Origin: the human T2T-CHM13v2.0 reference genome, Homo sapiens
Reading direction: 5' to 3' (one strand)
Assembly: GCF_009914755.1 (NCBI RefSeq)
Contig: NC_060939.1
Length of the DNA: 64,000 nucleotides
Shown piece after piece: positions 31,661 to 46,369 of the stretch. A program made the position numbers and the translations under genes. Below the pieces are notes generated by a model. That model made no database searches and was not told the DNA's origin. It saw only the letters and a list, made by a program, of their open reading frames with translations. Position 1 is the first letter of the stretch. Every line of letters starts with the position of its first letter.

Positions 31661-34163
31661 GAAATGAAGAGGGACAGTGAGAAGCCCAGCCTACTGCCCA
31701 TTTTTGTCCTCCACATTCATCTGAAAGATGATCTTTTTTCTTCTTTGCACACTTAGCCATGTCTTTAGTATGCAGTGTGGGTGTTAAGCACTGGAAGACA
31801 AGTGATTCCTATAAACCTAAAAAGAGGCTGGCTAACAGGCTCATGATAGCAATGAATAAAACTGGAGGAAAAAAAAAAACCAGTTCTGATCACCGCAGGA
31901 GACAGTGTGAAGAGCACTAACACGATGTCTACAAATGTGTTTCCAGGTACAACTTTGTCATACATTAGCTGCGTGACCCTAGAGAAATCTCTTTGCTTAC
32001 TTAGTTTCTCCAAATGGTATTTTTTCAAAAAGATGGAGATATAATGTTGCCTTTACCTTTAGAATTCCTGTTTGCTTATTAATGTTTCAGTTATTTCTAT
32101 TATAGTATTTGAATTCATTACATAGAGCATTTCCCATAGGTTATAAAAGGGAGGTTTGAAATTAGAAAATGTATATAAAAAATAAGCATGGCTTTTAAAG
32201 TTCATTTGGCATTGTTTCCACACCAGGTACTACTAGTGTTTTGCTGCATTTTAAAATAGCAATTAAATGTTCCACCCCTTTTATTCACTGTAGCCATATA
32301 GTTGCCACTCTATAGACTTTAAACTAACATGGAAGAAGCCATGTTACTTAATTATCAAAATTATTAATTTGTCTTTATCATAAAATGTTGCTGAGTAGAA
32401 TTGGTTTATATACTACTATTCAGGGCTGCAGCATATCATCTATCTTCAATCATCAAAACACATTTTCTTTTTTAAAAAAATCAATAAACTATAAGCACCA
32501 CAAGTTGAGCTTCATCTTCTTGCTGAATTCTATTTGTACACTTTCCAGAAATTACCTCTGAAAGGGAAGAAAAGCAAACTTCAGATCTGTGTTGAGTCTA
32601 ATTAAGATAAGTACATTGGGTAACTTGGAATGAGACCCACACCACCAGGAAACTTCAGTTCATTTCCCAAGTGTAAATAAACACATCCACTTTGCTGTTA
32701 ATAAAAGCAATGGCAGGGCAATAAAAAGCTTGGCTGACATGAATAAAGATGAAGTTGTGAATACTTAATGACAAAAAGCCCCAGTTAAGAGACACAGACC
32801 TGGAATAAGTTAGTTGGAATACATGTGAATTTCCACCAGTGAGGGGCAGGACCTGTAAGTTTCACAGTAATGCTGAGCTTCAAATGTGTGAGTTCCATAA
32901 ATTCACTTTCAAATAAGACTTTGGGGTTTATTTTAGATCTGGCATTTAAAATGCAGGAGAGATGCAATGCTCATGGATGGCGTACTTGGTGTTTCTTTAT
33001 CAGGTGGTGGGTGAACATGGGTTGACGAGGAGGCCAAGTTGGAGATTTATAGAAATTCAACCCCCTTTTATATAAAGGTTAATTCCAAATGTACCATTTT
33101 AGAAACCTGTTTAAAAGTGTTCATATCCAGAAAGCAAATGAGGGATTTTATCTAACAGGAAGGAAGAGAGATACAGGTGGTAACCATATTTTGTTTAGGG
33201 CTCGTACAAATTTGTAGATTGGCAAACAGGTTTGTAAGCATCAGCTTACAAACTGGCCTTTGGGCAAGTCCTTTCCCCACTATGGGACTCAGTTTTCCAA
33301 GCAATACACTTTTTATTTTAAAATGGATGTCTTCCAAAGTCCTTTCAGCTGTAATATTGTAGGATGCTATAAGATTATTTTAATGATTTCATGGAAGCAT
33401 GAGTTGAATTATTTCTGCCTCTGAGTTTTCATTAATAAAGATTTGCCTTCTGATTTGCACATGAGTATCTTGTAAGTTTGGTGGGTGAAAGTCCTTCCAG
33501 ACAACTTGATCTACTGTACGGCACCATTCAATCATTAATTCAACAAACACTTATTGAGTGCTAGGAACCACGTCTCCAACAAGTGTCAAGAGCTCCTCGA
33601 CTGAAAACCAAGCTTAGAAATGAATGCTTTCATTTGAATGTGGTCACTAGGGAGGCCCTCTCCGTTCAGCAGATGATCCCCACAATCATCTTTATTTCAG
33701 TGTTTTCTAACTATATTGGTATTCCCAGTATTGATCTATATAACCAAAATAAAATTTACTTATGTCTAAGTCTTTGTTACAGCACCAAACTGGACAGACT
33801 TTTAACAAATTTAAGGAGAATATTTGGAAGAGCCAACTGTATGACAGCCAACTGTATGATAGTACATGAAGAACCTGGAATTTACTTTGAGTGCCCTAAG
33901 AGTATACTGAGAGATAGGTGGCCCTCCTCAGAGGCAGCTAAAACTAAGGTTCAACACGATGTCCCGACACCTGCCAATTAAGAAATAGATACATTAGGAT
34001 ACTGTGAGATAGAAAACAAATACTCATTTCAAGTATTAGTCCCAAATTCCAAGAACTGATTTGCAGTCAAGCTGTTTCTTGGCGAACAGCTCTATGTAGC
34101 ATGATGAAGTGAAGTGACAGCAAAAGTTTACTTATTTAAAGATGATTAACAGTTCTCCCAAGT

Positions 34164-34502
<339 letters not shown>

Positions 34503-34896
34503 CTACAAAAGTTACTTATTTACCTCCATAAGTAATCTGTATTTAAGTAAATATAAAACAAACATTTATTAGTAAGGGTACTATGTGGAAAGCAGAAGAT
34601 TAGCGTGCATTAAATATGATCTCAACCCTCTAGCCTGTAAGTTAGAGAGAAAAGATAGTGATGTAAATAACTATTCTAGATATCCAATTTTTAATGGCAG
34701 AGTAATGATAGTCCTGCTCCTTTGATGTCTTTGAAATCACCCAAAAACAACAAAGAAAGAGTAAATATAAATGTGCAATCCAGAATTTGGACACACACAA
34801 ACACACACACACATACATTACATTTGCAGGAAACAATTCATTGTTGAGGAATAACAACCTCCATTACAAGCAGCCTTATTTCTGCCAAGCTTTGTT

Positions 34897-35349
34897 TGAG
34901 AGGTGAAGCCAGCTGGACTTCTGGGTCAGGTAGGGACTTGGAGAACTTTTCTGTCTTACAAGAGGATTGTAAAATGCACCAATCAGTGCTCTGTAAAAAT
35001 GCACCAATCAGCGCTCTGTGGCTAGCTAGAGGTTTGTAAAATGGACCAATCAGCACTCTGTAAAATGGACCAATCAGCACTCTGTAAAATGGACCAATCA
35101 ACAGGACATGGGCGGGGACTAATAAGAGAATAAAAGCTGGCCAACCCAGCCGGCAGGGCAACCTGCTGGGGTCCCTTTCCATGCTACGGAAGCTTTGTTC
35201 TTTTGCTCTTCACAATAAATCTTGTTGCTGCTCACTCTTTTGGTGTGTGCCACTTTTAAGAGCTGTAACACTCACTGCGAAGGTCCGCGGCTTCATTCTT
35301 GAAGTCAGTGAGACCATGAACCCACCAGAAGGAACCAACTCTGGACACA
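34897..35349 (+). mobile_element. LTR12F-type (ERV9) solo LTR
   Basis: tgagaggtgaagccagctggactt...ccaatcagcactctgtaaaa repeats...tctggacaca; perfect 4-bp TSD TGTT. Confidence 0.92.
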
Positions 35350-35455
35350 TGTTGAATAGGTAGTAGTTTGAATCCTAAAACAATTCACCCACGTGTACAA
35401 AACCCTGAGTAATGAGAAACCAGGGACAATTCCTGCTGGCCTGAAAGACAGTCCT

Positions 35456-35821
<366 letters not shown>

Positions 35822-36137
35822 TCATATTTGAAACTGAGTAGGAATTTTTTGTAAGAAAAGATTACACAAAAGTGTCATAAGAAAAAAAAATGGGTAAAGA
35901 ATCTGGAAGAATAAATGACAAAGAACTCTCATTAGAAAACATGAAAGCAGATGAAAATTATAATCAACATACTGCCATGAATTTTTAAAACTGGAAACAA
36001 TTACAACTAACAAACAAGAGCACGAGGCAAAAACAAAGAGCTAGAAAAGCTATGACATTATAAGGAAATGATATATTAACTGGTAGAACTCAGGAAAGAA
36101 GTAAAACGGATAAATCATTATTAAAAAGGGTTATATT

Positions 36138-36731
<594 letters not shown>

Positions 36732-36936
36732 TCACATATAAAACCTATAGATAAATATATTTCCCATGAGACTTTTCTGAAGAAACTACAACAAGAGAAA
36801 ACTCACTTAATCAATGATAAACGGAGAAACTACACTGAAATAACAGACACTGAACATTTAATCCACTTAACTGTTTGGCTACAACTAAAGTAAACATAGA
36901 GATAAAGACTACATAAACAAATGTAAATGGGAGTGG

Positions 36937-37255
36937 GAGTCCAGCACAGTGGCTCGCTCCTGTAATTCCAGCTGCTCTGGAAGCCGAGGCAGGAAGATCA
37001 CTTGAGACCAGAGGTTCAAGATCAGCCTAGGCAATATAGCAAGACCCCTATCTCAAAAAGAAAAAAAATTTTTTTTAACTAGCCAGGTGTGGTTGTGCAT
37101 ACCTGTAGTCCCCATTACTTGGGATGATGAGGTCGGGGGATAACTTGACCCCAGGAGTTTCAGGCTGAAGTTAGGTGTAATCACACTACTGCATTCCATC
37201 CTGGGCAACAGACTAAGAACCTCCTCTCTTAAAAAAATAAGATAAAATAAAATAA
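36937..37255 (+). mobile_element. AluJ-type
   Basis: Diverged dimer; gcaatatagcaagaccc, ggagtttcaggctg. Confidence 0.88.
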
Positions 37256-37568
37256 ATGGTATACACTCTCCTGACAACATAAAAAATGATTAAACAATAA
37301 GATTGAGAGACATAAAAAAGACAGGGAGTTACATAATATAGTAATTTTCTCATATTTATAAGCTAGAAAATTAAGAAATAGTGGTAATAAAGTTATAAGT
37401 AGATGTAAGGCTATAAAAGTGCATGTTAAAAATATATATAAGTAATCCAAAAACTAAATGGAAAGCAGAGGAAATACACTGATTTCAATATTGAGGAAAA
37501 ATACAAACACAGAAGGAGAACAGTACAACAAAAATTTCACCCACAGAGATTACATGGAAAAAAAATTT

Positions 37569-37869
<301 letters not shown>

Positions 37870-37994
37870 TTAAGCACTAAAAACAGAATTAACATAAAAT
37901 ATAGTGACAGAACAAAGTTGAAGTCTATCTGTATAGCAGCAAATGATTTGATGAAATACGTTTACTAAAAGAAAATGATCCAAGCAATGAAGCA

Positions 37995-39982
37995 CCACAT
38001 AGCAGTTTTTGAAAAATAACTATCAAAATCCCAGCTGCCTTTCTCGCTGAAATTGAAAAGCCAACCCTAAAATTCATCTGGACATGTGAAAAACCCACAA
38101 TTGCCAAAAACAGTCTTAGAAAAAAGATGAACAATGTTAGAGGACTCATAGTTCCTGATGTTGATACTTACCACAGGGCCACAGTAATCAAGACAGTATG
38201 GTACTGGCTTAAAGACAGAAATATAAAACAGTGAAATTAAATTGAGAGTCCAGATATAATCCCCTACTTCATGATCAACTGATTTTTAACAAGGGTGCTA
38301 ACACATTTCAGTAAGAAAAGAATAGTCTTTTTGACAAATGGTGCCAGTACAACTGACTATCCACATAAAAATAAATAAAGATGGATCCCTACTTTACAAA
38401 AAAAAATTAACTCTAAGTGGATCAAAGATGTAAATGTAAGGGCCAAAACTACAAAGCTTTTAGAGGAAAACGTAGGAGGAAATCTTTCTGATCTTGGATT
38501 AGGGAATTACTTATTAGATATAATACGAAAAGCATAAGAGACAAAAAAAGTTAAACTGACTTGAACAAAGTTAAAAAATTTTGTGCTTCATAAGGCATCA
38601 CCACAAAAGTGAAAAGGTAACCCACAGAATGGAAGAAAATATTTGCAAACATTTGTAAATATCTGCTAAAGGACTTCTATCAAGAATATATAAAGAACTC
38701 TTACAACTAAACAATAAAAGGACAATTAGCCCAACTTTTAAAATGAGGAAATGATCTAAGATTTGAATAGCTACTTCTTTGAAAGAAGATACACAAATGT
38801 CCCATAAGCACATGAAAAAAAAAAAGTTCCACATCATTAGTCTTTAGGGGACTGCAAGCCAAAACCACAATGAGATACCACTTCTCACCTACTAGAATGG
38901 CTAAAATCAGAAGATGGACAATAACATCTGTTGGTGAGGATGTAGAGAAATTAGAACCCTCCTACACTGCTGGTGGACATTTTAAAATGGTGCAGCCACT
39001 TGCCCAACAGCTTGGTAAAACCTCAAAAACGCTAAATATAGAATTATAATTAGATCTAGCAATTTCGCTCTTAAGATATCTGTCTTAATTCTTTCAGGCT
39101 GCTATAATAAAATGTCTTAAACTGGGTAGCTTATAAATAACAGAAATTTATTTTCTCACACTGCTGGAGACTGGGGAGTTCAAAATCAAGGCTCTGGCAA
39201 ATTTGGTGTCTAGTGAGGCCCCATTTTCTGCTTCATAGATGTTTGTCTTTGTGCCATAATCTTGCACAGTAGAAAGGACAAGGCAACTTTGTGGGACCTC
39301 TTTTATAAGGGTAGTAATCCCATTCATGAGGACTCTGTGCTCGAGACTTAATCATCTTTCAAAAGCTCCACCTCCAAATACCAACATTTGTGATTAGATT
39401 TCAACATACAAATTTTGGGGGAACAAAAACATTCAAACCATAGCAATATCCAAGAGAAATAAAAACATATGTCCTACCAAAACTTTGTACATAAATATTC
39501 ACAGCAACATTATTCATGATAGCCAAAAAGTAGAAACAACCAAAATCTTCATCACATGATGAACTGATAAACAAAATGTTATATTCCTACCATGAAATAT
39601 TACTCAGCCATAGAAAGAAATGAAGTACTGATACATGCTACAACATGAATGAACCTTCAAAATATTATGCTAGTGTTTTAAAGAAGCCAGAAACAAAAGG
39701 CCACAGATCATATGATCCCATTAATAAGAAATGCCCAGAACAGGCAAATGTATAGAAACAGAAAGTATTTTAATGGTTGCCAGAGACTGAGGGGAGGGAT
39801 GACTGGGAGTGGTTTTTCATGGGTATGAGCCTTCTTTTGGGGGTGATGAAAATATTCTGGAATTAGATACTGGTGATCGTCTGCACACTCTGTAAATATA
39901 TTTTTTAAAACCCTGAATTGATCACATTGAAAGGGTGAACTTTATGGCATGTGAATAACTTCTAAATAAAGCTGTTATTTTT
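37995..39982 (+). mobile_element. L1MB-type ORF2 end and 3'UTR, interrupted by MLT1A
   Basis: ORF2 C-terminal remnants (acagtaatcaagacagtatggtactgg); 3' end ggggtgatgaaaatattctggaattag...aaataaagctgtt. Confidence 0.85.
39081..39445 (-). mobile_element. MLT1A/MST-type MaLR solo LTR
   Basis: tgtcttaattctttcaggctgctataataaaa...actgggtagcttataaa...cattcaaaccatagca. Confidence 0.8.
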
Positions 39983-40393
39983 TAAAATGAGAGAGAAGAA
40001 GGAGGTGTTTTGACGTGATCATCAAAATACGTATAATAAAGGAAAAAAACAAGTTGATATAGTATGTGTAATATAGTACCATGTGTGTAAAAACTAGATA
40101 AATGGGCAGAGATACAGATTATGTATAGATAGGGAGAGAAAGAGAGATTTACCGATAGGTGTGGGAGGGCAACCAACATTTTATTCTATACCCTTTTATG
40201 CTTTTTGTTGTTTGAACTATGTCCAGGTGTTATATCTATTAAAATAGTATGAATTCAATGGCTTACTCTAAGGAAGACCATGATCACCAGCATATGAGAG
40301 GCAGACGAAACGCTATCCACAGCAAGATGAACACCTACACAGCAGGGAGAACATGGGAGGATTCAAGGTGGTAAGAAAATTTAATACAAGTCT

Positions 40394-40736
<343 letters not shown>

Positions 40737-40748
40737 TTAGAAAGATCT

Positions 40749-41172
<424 letters not shown>

Positions 41173-41317
41173 TCATTAGACTAGAACGATGAAACGATTT
41201 ATAAAAGATCATGGAACAGTGTTCTGACATATACATGATTGAGATTCCTAAAAAGCATACCATAACAAAGAAGAAAATAATCATCTAAAACATAATAAAA
41301 GAAAGTTTCCTTTAGAT

Positions 41318-43261
41318 CAGTAATTCTCAAAATGTAGTCTTCAAACGTTTGTGGGTCCCAGGACGCTTTCAGAGAGTACATAAAGTCAAAACTATTTTCA
41401 TAATAATGTGATGACATTATTTGCCTTTTTTCACTGTTTTGGTAGTCACAGTCATAGCACAAAAGCCATAGTGGATAAAACTCTAGCACCTTAGCTCAAA
41501 TCGAGGCAATAGCACCAAACTGTATTTGTAGCCATTATATTCTTTACCCCCATGCACTTATGTTTTTAAAAATGCCAGTTTCATTTAAGAATGTCCTCAT
41601 TTAAACAGTGAAAGTATTAATTTTATCACACCTTAGCCTTTGCAAACAAGCATTTTATATTCTGAGTGATGAGTATAGTATGGTATTCAGCCTCCAAGCC
41701 AATACAGGGAATCTCTCCTCCTAGGATTCACACTCATGTATAGGCTTCTCTCACACTGACCAGGGATGACCTATGTAACCAACAGAATATTGCAAAAATA
41801 ATGGTGTGTGACTTCCAAGACTAAGTTATAAAAGATAACTTTTAACTTTTCTCTCTTAGTTTGCTTCCTCTGGAGAAGCCAGCTGCCAGGTTATAAAGAC
41901 CCTTAAGCAGCCCCACGCAGAGGTTTCCATGAGAGGAGTTGAGGTCTATCACCAATAACCGGCATTAACTTGCCAGGTACATGAATGAGCCATCTTGGAA
42001 ATGGATCTTCTAGCCCCAGTCAACGCTTATGATGAAACTGTGTGAGATAATAAACGTTTATTTTTGTGTTAAGTTGCTAAATTTGGGGGTAATTTGTTAT
42101 ACCCTAAAATCCTTTGCCACATGGCATAGTACAATGGTTACTCCATTAGTGTGCAAGAAAGGTTAATTTCTTGCTCACACTACAGGCTTTTGATGACACA
42201 GCCATCCACTTTGGAAATTTGTAGTCATCATGGCAGAGGGGAAGGAGGGAAAGCATGATTTGGTTTCAGACTTTCATCTGGAAGTGACCCATGAGTCTCC
42301 TGTTTATAATGGGGTTATTTTTTAGGTGAATTAATTGCCAGTGGAATCAGCCAATTCCTTCATGAAATAGCATTTTTACTGACAAACTATGGGTATTCAT
42401 ATACGGGCATGTTGCAGACATTTTTCTCAAAAATGAACAAATGAATCTGTCACTTCAAGGGCAACTGACAGCATTTGGTGCAAATGATAAAACTTGGGCT
42501 TTTAAAGGAAAATTAAAATTTTGGAAAATGTATATCTGCCACCATGAATCTGACGGTTTTCCAATATATAAGGTTTTTCTGATAAAATAATGGCAATATT
42601 AAACAATGTGACTTTTCTAACATAGTATAATGAAATGTGGCAACTTTCAGAAGATCTATAAAGTTCGGTAAATCAATATTTTCCAAATGACCAATGCATC
42701 CATTCTAAATGCAAGATAGAGCAATGGATTTTAATGTAACACAGGACAAACAGATCATTAATATGATTTTCACAGTTCACGTTGCAACTCACCTTTAAGA
42801 AACTACTACTTGCCAAGTTTTGGCGAAATATCAAAGAAAAATATCCATAATCATCCCAAAAGGCTTTTAAATTATCCCCCTCTCTTCTCTAATTACATAG
42901 CTGGGTGATGCTGGGTTTTCTTCATATGCTTCAGTCAAAACAATGTCATGCAGCAAAGTGGATGGAGAAGCAGACATAAGAATTTCACCATTTGTTATAT
43001 AGTCCCTCTTAAAGAGATTTGCAATAATAAAAAACAATGCCACTCTTCTCATTTCATTTTATTTTGTTTGGGAATATATAGCCGGTTTTCATAATGGGCT
43101 AAGATACAATGGGTTTTTTTATGTGAATTAATAAATAAGTATTTTAAAATTCTCTGTTTTAATTTTTAATATGGCAAATACTGATAGATATATCACACAC
43201 AAACAAAAGCTTGGAGAGGTACACCCTTTAAACTTGAGAACATAAAGTTTGAAAACAACTG
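41318..43261 (+). mobile_element. Charlie1a-type hAT DNA transposon with nested insertions
   Basis: Termini cagtaattctcaaaatgtag and aaagtttgaaaacaactg; gtcaaaactattttcataataat; transposase-derived internal segment. Confidence 0.8.
41680..42102 (+). mobile_element. MLT1 (F-type) MaLR LTR nested in Charlie1a
   Basis: gagaagccagctgcc, gagccatcttggaaatggatc, aataaacg...aaatttgggggtaatttgttata. Confidence 0.75.
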
Positions 43262-43311
43262 CCTTGGCCAAAGAAAAAGACATGTATATGCCTAAAGGAA
43301 AAGTTTACCAT

Positions 43312-43578
43312 ATCTGTTACTCAGAATGGGCTTGGTTATGCTGTGGTAACAAATGCCTCCAAAATCACAATGTCTTACAGCAAGAAAGGTTTATTTATTG
43401 CTCAAACTATAGGCTCTTGAGGAAACAGTACCACTTGGGAAATTTGCAGTCATAATGGCAGAGGGGAAGGAAGGAAAAGCATGATTTGGTTTCAGACTTT
43501 CACCTGGAAGTGACACATGTGTCTCCTGTTCATATGTCATTGAAAAAGGTAAGTCACAAGGCCAAACTTGACTTTGCA
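43312..43578 (-). mobile_element. Old MLT1 (J/K-type) LTR fragment
   Basis: ttggttatgctgtggtaacaaatgcctccaaaatcacaatgtctta...cctggaagtgacacatgt. Confidence 0.65.
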
Positions 43579-43741
43579 TGAAAGGGCACTAGATTAGATA
43601 TGGTGAATTGTAATGGGGTCTATCATACCACATTCTAGGCAAAAGTCAATTTGAAGAACCCACATCATAGACACATCATAAAAAAAATTAATGACAGAAA
43701 TAAAATAATACAAGTATACATGCAGAGGGAGAAAATATTGC

Positions 43742-43979
43742 AAGAAAGAAAGAGAAGGAAAGAATAAAAGAAAAAAGGAAGGGAAGAACAGAGGGAGGGA
43801 GGGAAGGAAGGAAACAAGGAGAAAGGAAGGGAAGGGGAGTGGAGGGTGGGGAGGGAAGGGAAAGGAAAGGGAAATGAAGGTGGGGAGGGGGAAGAAGAGG
43901 AAGAAAGACGGGGAAGGGGGTGAAAAGGAGGAGTAAGTTGGGGAGCTGGGTGGGGAAGGGAAAGAGAAGGGAAGGGAAG
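43742..43979 (+). repeat. GA-rich polypurine low-complexity tract
   Basis: About 240 nt almost entirely G/A. Confidence 0.9.
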
Positions 43980-44340
43980 ATCGAACTGTGCTCAGTCTTC
44001 TCTGCAACTTTAAATGCCAAACGACAATGGATAGCTACAGAGTTTTAAGGGTAAAATCATGTGACCCAAAAATTGTGTTGGTCAGATTTCAAAGCAGTAG
44101 AAAGCCATTTGAGATGTTTAAGGATTTAGAAATATACCACCCTTGAATACAACCTCAAAGGTATTTTCTAAATGACTGAAAAATTAACAACATTAAAAGC
44201 TGAGAAATGAGAAAGCTGTGTTATGAATAAAATGTCAGTGAGCCCTGAAACCAGATAAACTAAAATAATGCTAAATATTTATTTGTCATATATCTGAGCA
44301 TAAAATGGAAGGCAAATAACAAAAATTATTTTTGCAAAGG

Positions 44341-44699
44341 TGTAATACTCTGTTCTCATGCTGCTAATAAAGATGTACCTGAGACTAGGTAATTCATAAA
44401 GGAAAAAGGTTTAATTGACTCACAGCTGGGGAAGCCTCAGGAAACTAACAATCATGGCTGAAAGGGAAATAAGCATGTTCTTCTTCACGTGGCAGCAGGA
44501 AGCAGAAGTGCCAAGCAAAAGGGGGAAAAACCCAACCATCAGATCTCATGAGAACTCACTCACTATCTCTAGAACAGCATGAGGGTAACCACCCCCATGA
44601 TTCAATTACCTCCCACCAGGTCCCTCCCATGACAAATGGGGATTATGGGAACTAGAATTCAAAATGAGATTTGTGTGGGGAAACAGCCAAACCATATCA
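44341..44699 (-). mobile_element. THE1C/D solo LTR
   Basis: tgtaatactctgttctcatgctgcta...cagccaaaccatatca; perfect 5-bp TSD AAAGG. Confidence 0.92.
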
Positions 44700-44742
44700 A
44701 AAGGAAATAGTATATAAAAAGTAACAGCTTAATAATAGCAGT

Positions 44743-45060
<318 letters not shown>

Positions 45061-46369
45061 ATAACAGCAATCAAGAAATTTCAGATATCTTTCAGATAAA
45101 CAGACTATGAAGTGGGAATTGAATGAGACACAGTTTTAAAATTTCTATTTCTGAAATCAAATGATATTACTTCCCTCTTGAGTCTGATAATTGGGGAAAC
45201 ATAGGCTAAATCTTTAAAATTTTTCAATGTAGTTAATAATCAAAATAAAGATTACATATATATCTTTCAAATAATATAAAAGATTAAAACAATGAAACCC
45301 TTTAATAAAGATACAAGAAAAAAGCAATACAGAGAACAAAAAAAGTTAACTTTTCATAATTGTTTGTGGAGAACAAATTTATTATCTGAATTTTAAGCCC
45401 TTTAAAACGACTTCTAAGATTTTTAATTTGGAAAAATCACAAAAGAAAAGAGATCAGACAGAGAATAAGAATTATCAAAATAGAAATAAAGGTTGAAAAA
45501 AATTGTTTAAGCAGAAATAAAAAACAACTTCAGGTAAATTGAAATATTATATTATACTTCAATTCATGCAACAAATTCTTTCCTTTTAACATAAAAGATT
45601 GAAAAAGCTGTCTAAATTTTTTTAAGTGACATCATAAAACATTGAAAGCAACTACACATATTTATGGAATCTTAAGGCAGAAAAGTCCTTTGAAAGCCTG
45701 ATACCTAAGGGAAAGATTTGAACACAGAAATTCTAAGATTTCCTCATGTTAAGAAAAAAACTCACAAACAACATTAAAAGAGAACATAAAATATTCGCAA
45801 AGTATATGAAAAAGAACTAAAATGAACACCCAAAAGAAAATTAAGCAATGGGTATAAACAGATAATTAGCACACATAAAATATTGCTAAATTTTACTAGT
45901 GATCAAAGCAAACTCAAAAAAATCAGTTATTATTTCTTATTAGATTGGCAAAAATGAAAAAAGTGATAATGTTCATTACTGGTGAAGGAGTGAGAAAACA
46001 CAAACAGACTCATACACAGCTAGTGGGAGTATCAGTTGTTACCACCTTTCTAACAGGCACTTTGATCTTTCAAATATACCTTAAAATCTCCAAAAATGTA
46101 CTTAAATTTTGACCCAAGAATCCAATTTTTAGAACACTATTGTAAGAAAATAATAATCCAAGTGTACAGTGATACTTATACTTGAAGGTTTATCACAGAG
46201 GAACTTATAATTTTGAAAGGTTGAAAACTACTGGAATATTCAAAAGATGAGTTTTATAAATTAATTACACTATCATCTACACAATGAACTATTATTTAGG
46301 TGCTAAAATAAAGGTGAAGTCTGACATTTGTCTACCTCAAATTATGCTCTCTTACAAGTGGAAAAAGTT

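Noticed and set aside
33004-33078. Plus-strand exon candidate (tttctttatcag| ... AAG|GTTAAT)
   Set aside because: Weak donor, stops in two frames, and part may be an old SINE remnant
34971-35100. Regularly spaced ~24-bp repeats resembling a CRISPR-like array
   Set aside because: No unique spacers; these are the standard LTR12 U3 CCAAT repeats in eukaryotic DNA
43594-44020. Long Pro/Ser/Phe/Leu-rich minus-strand ORFs
   Set aside because: Artefact of the pyrimidine-rich strand, which lacks stop codons
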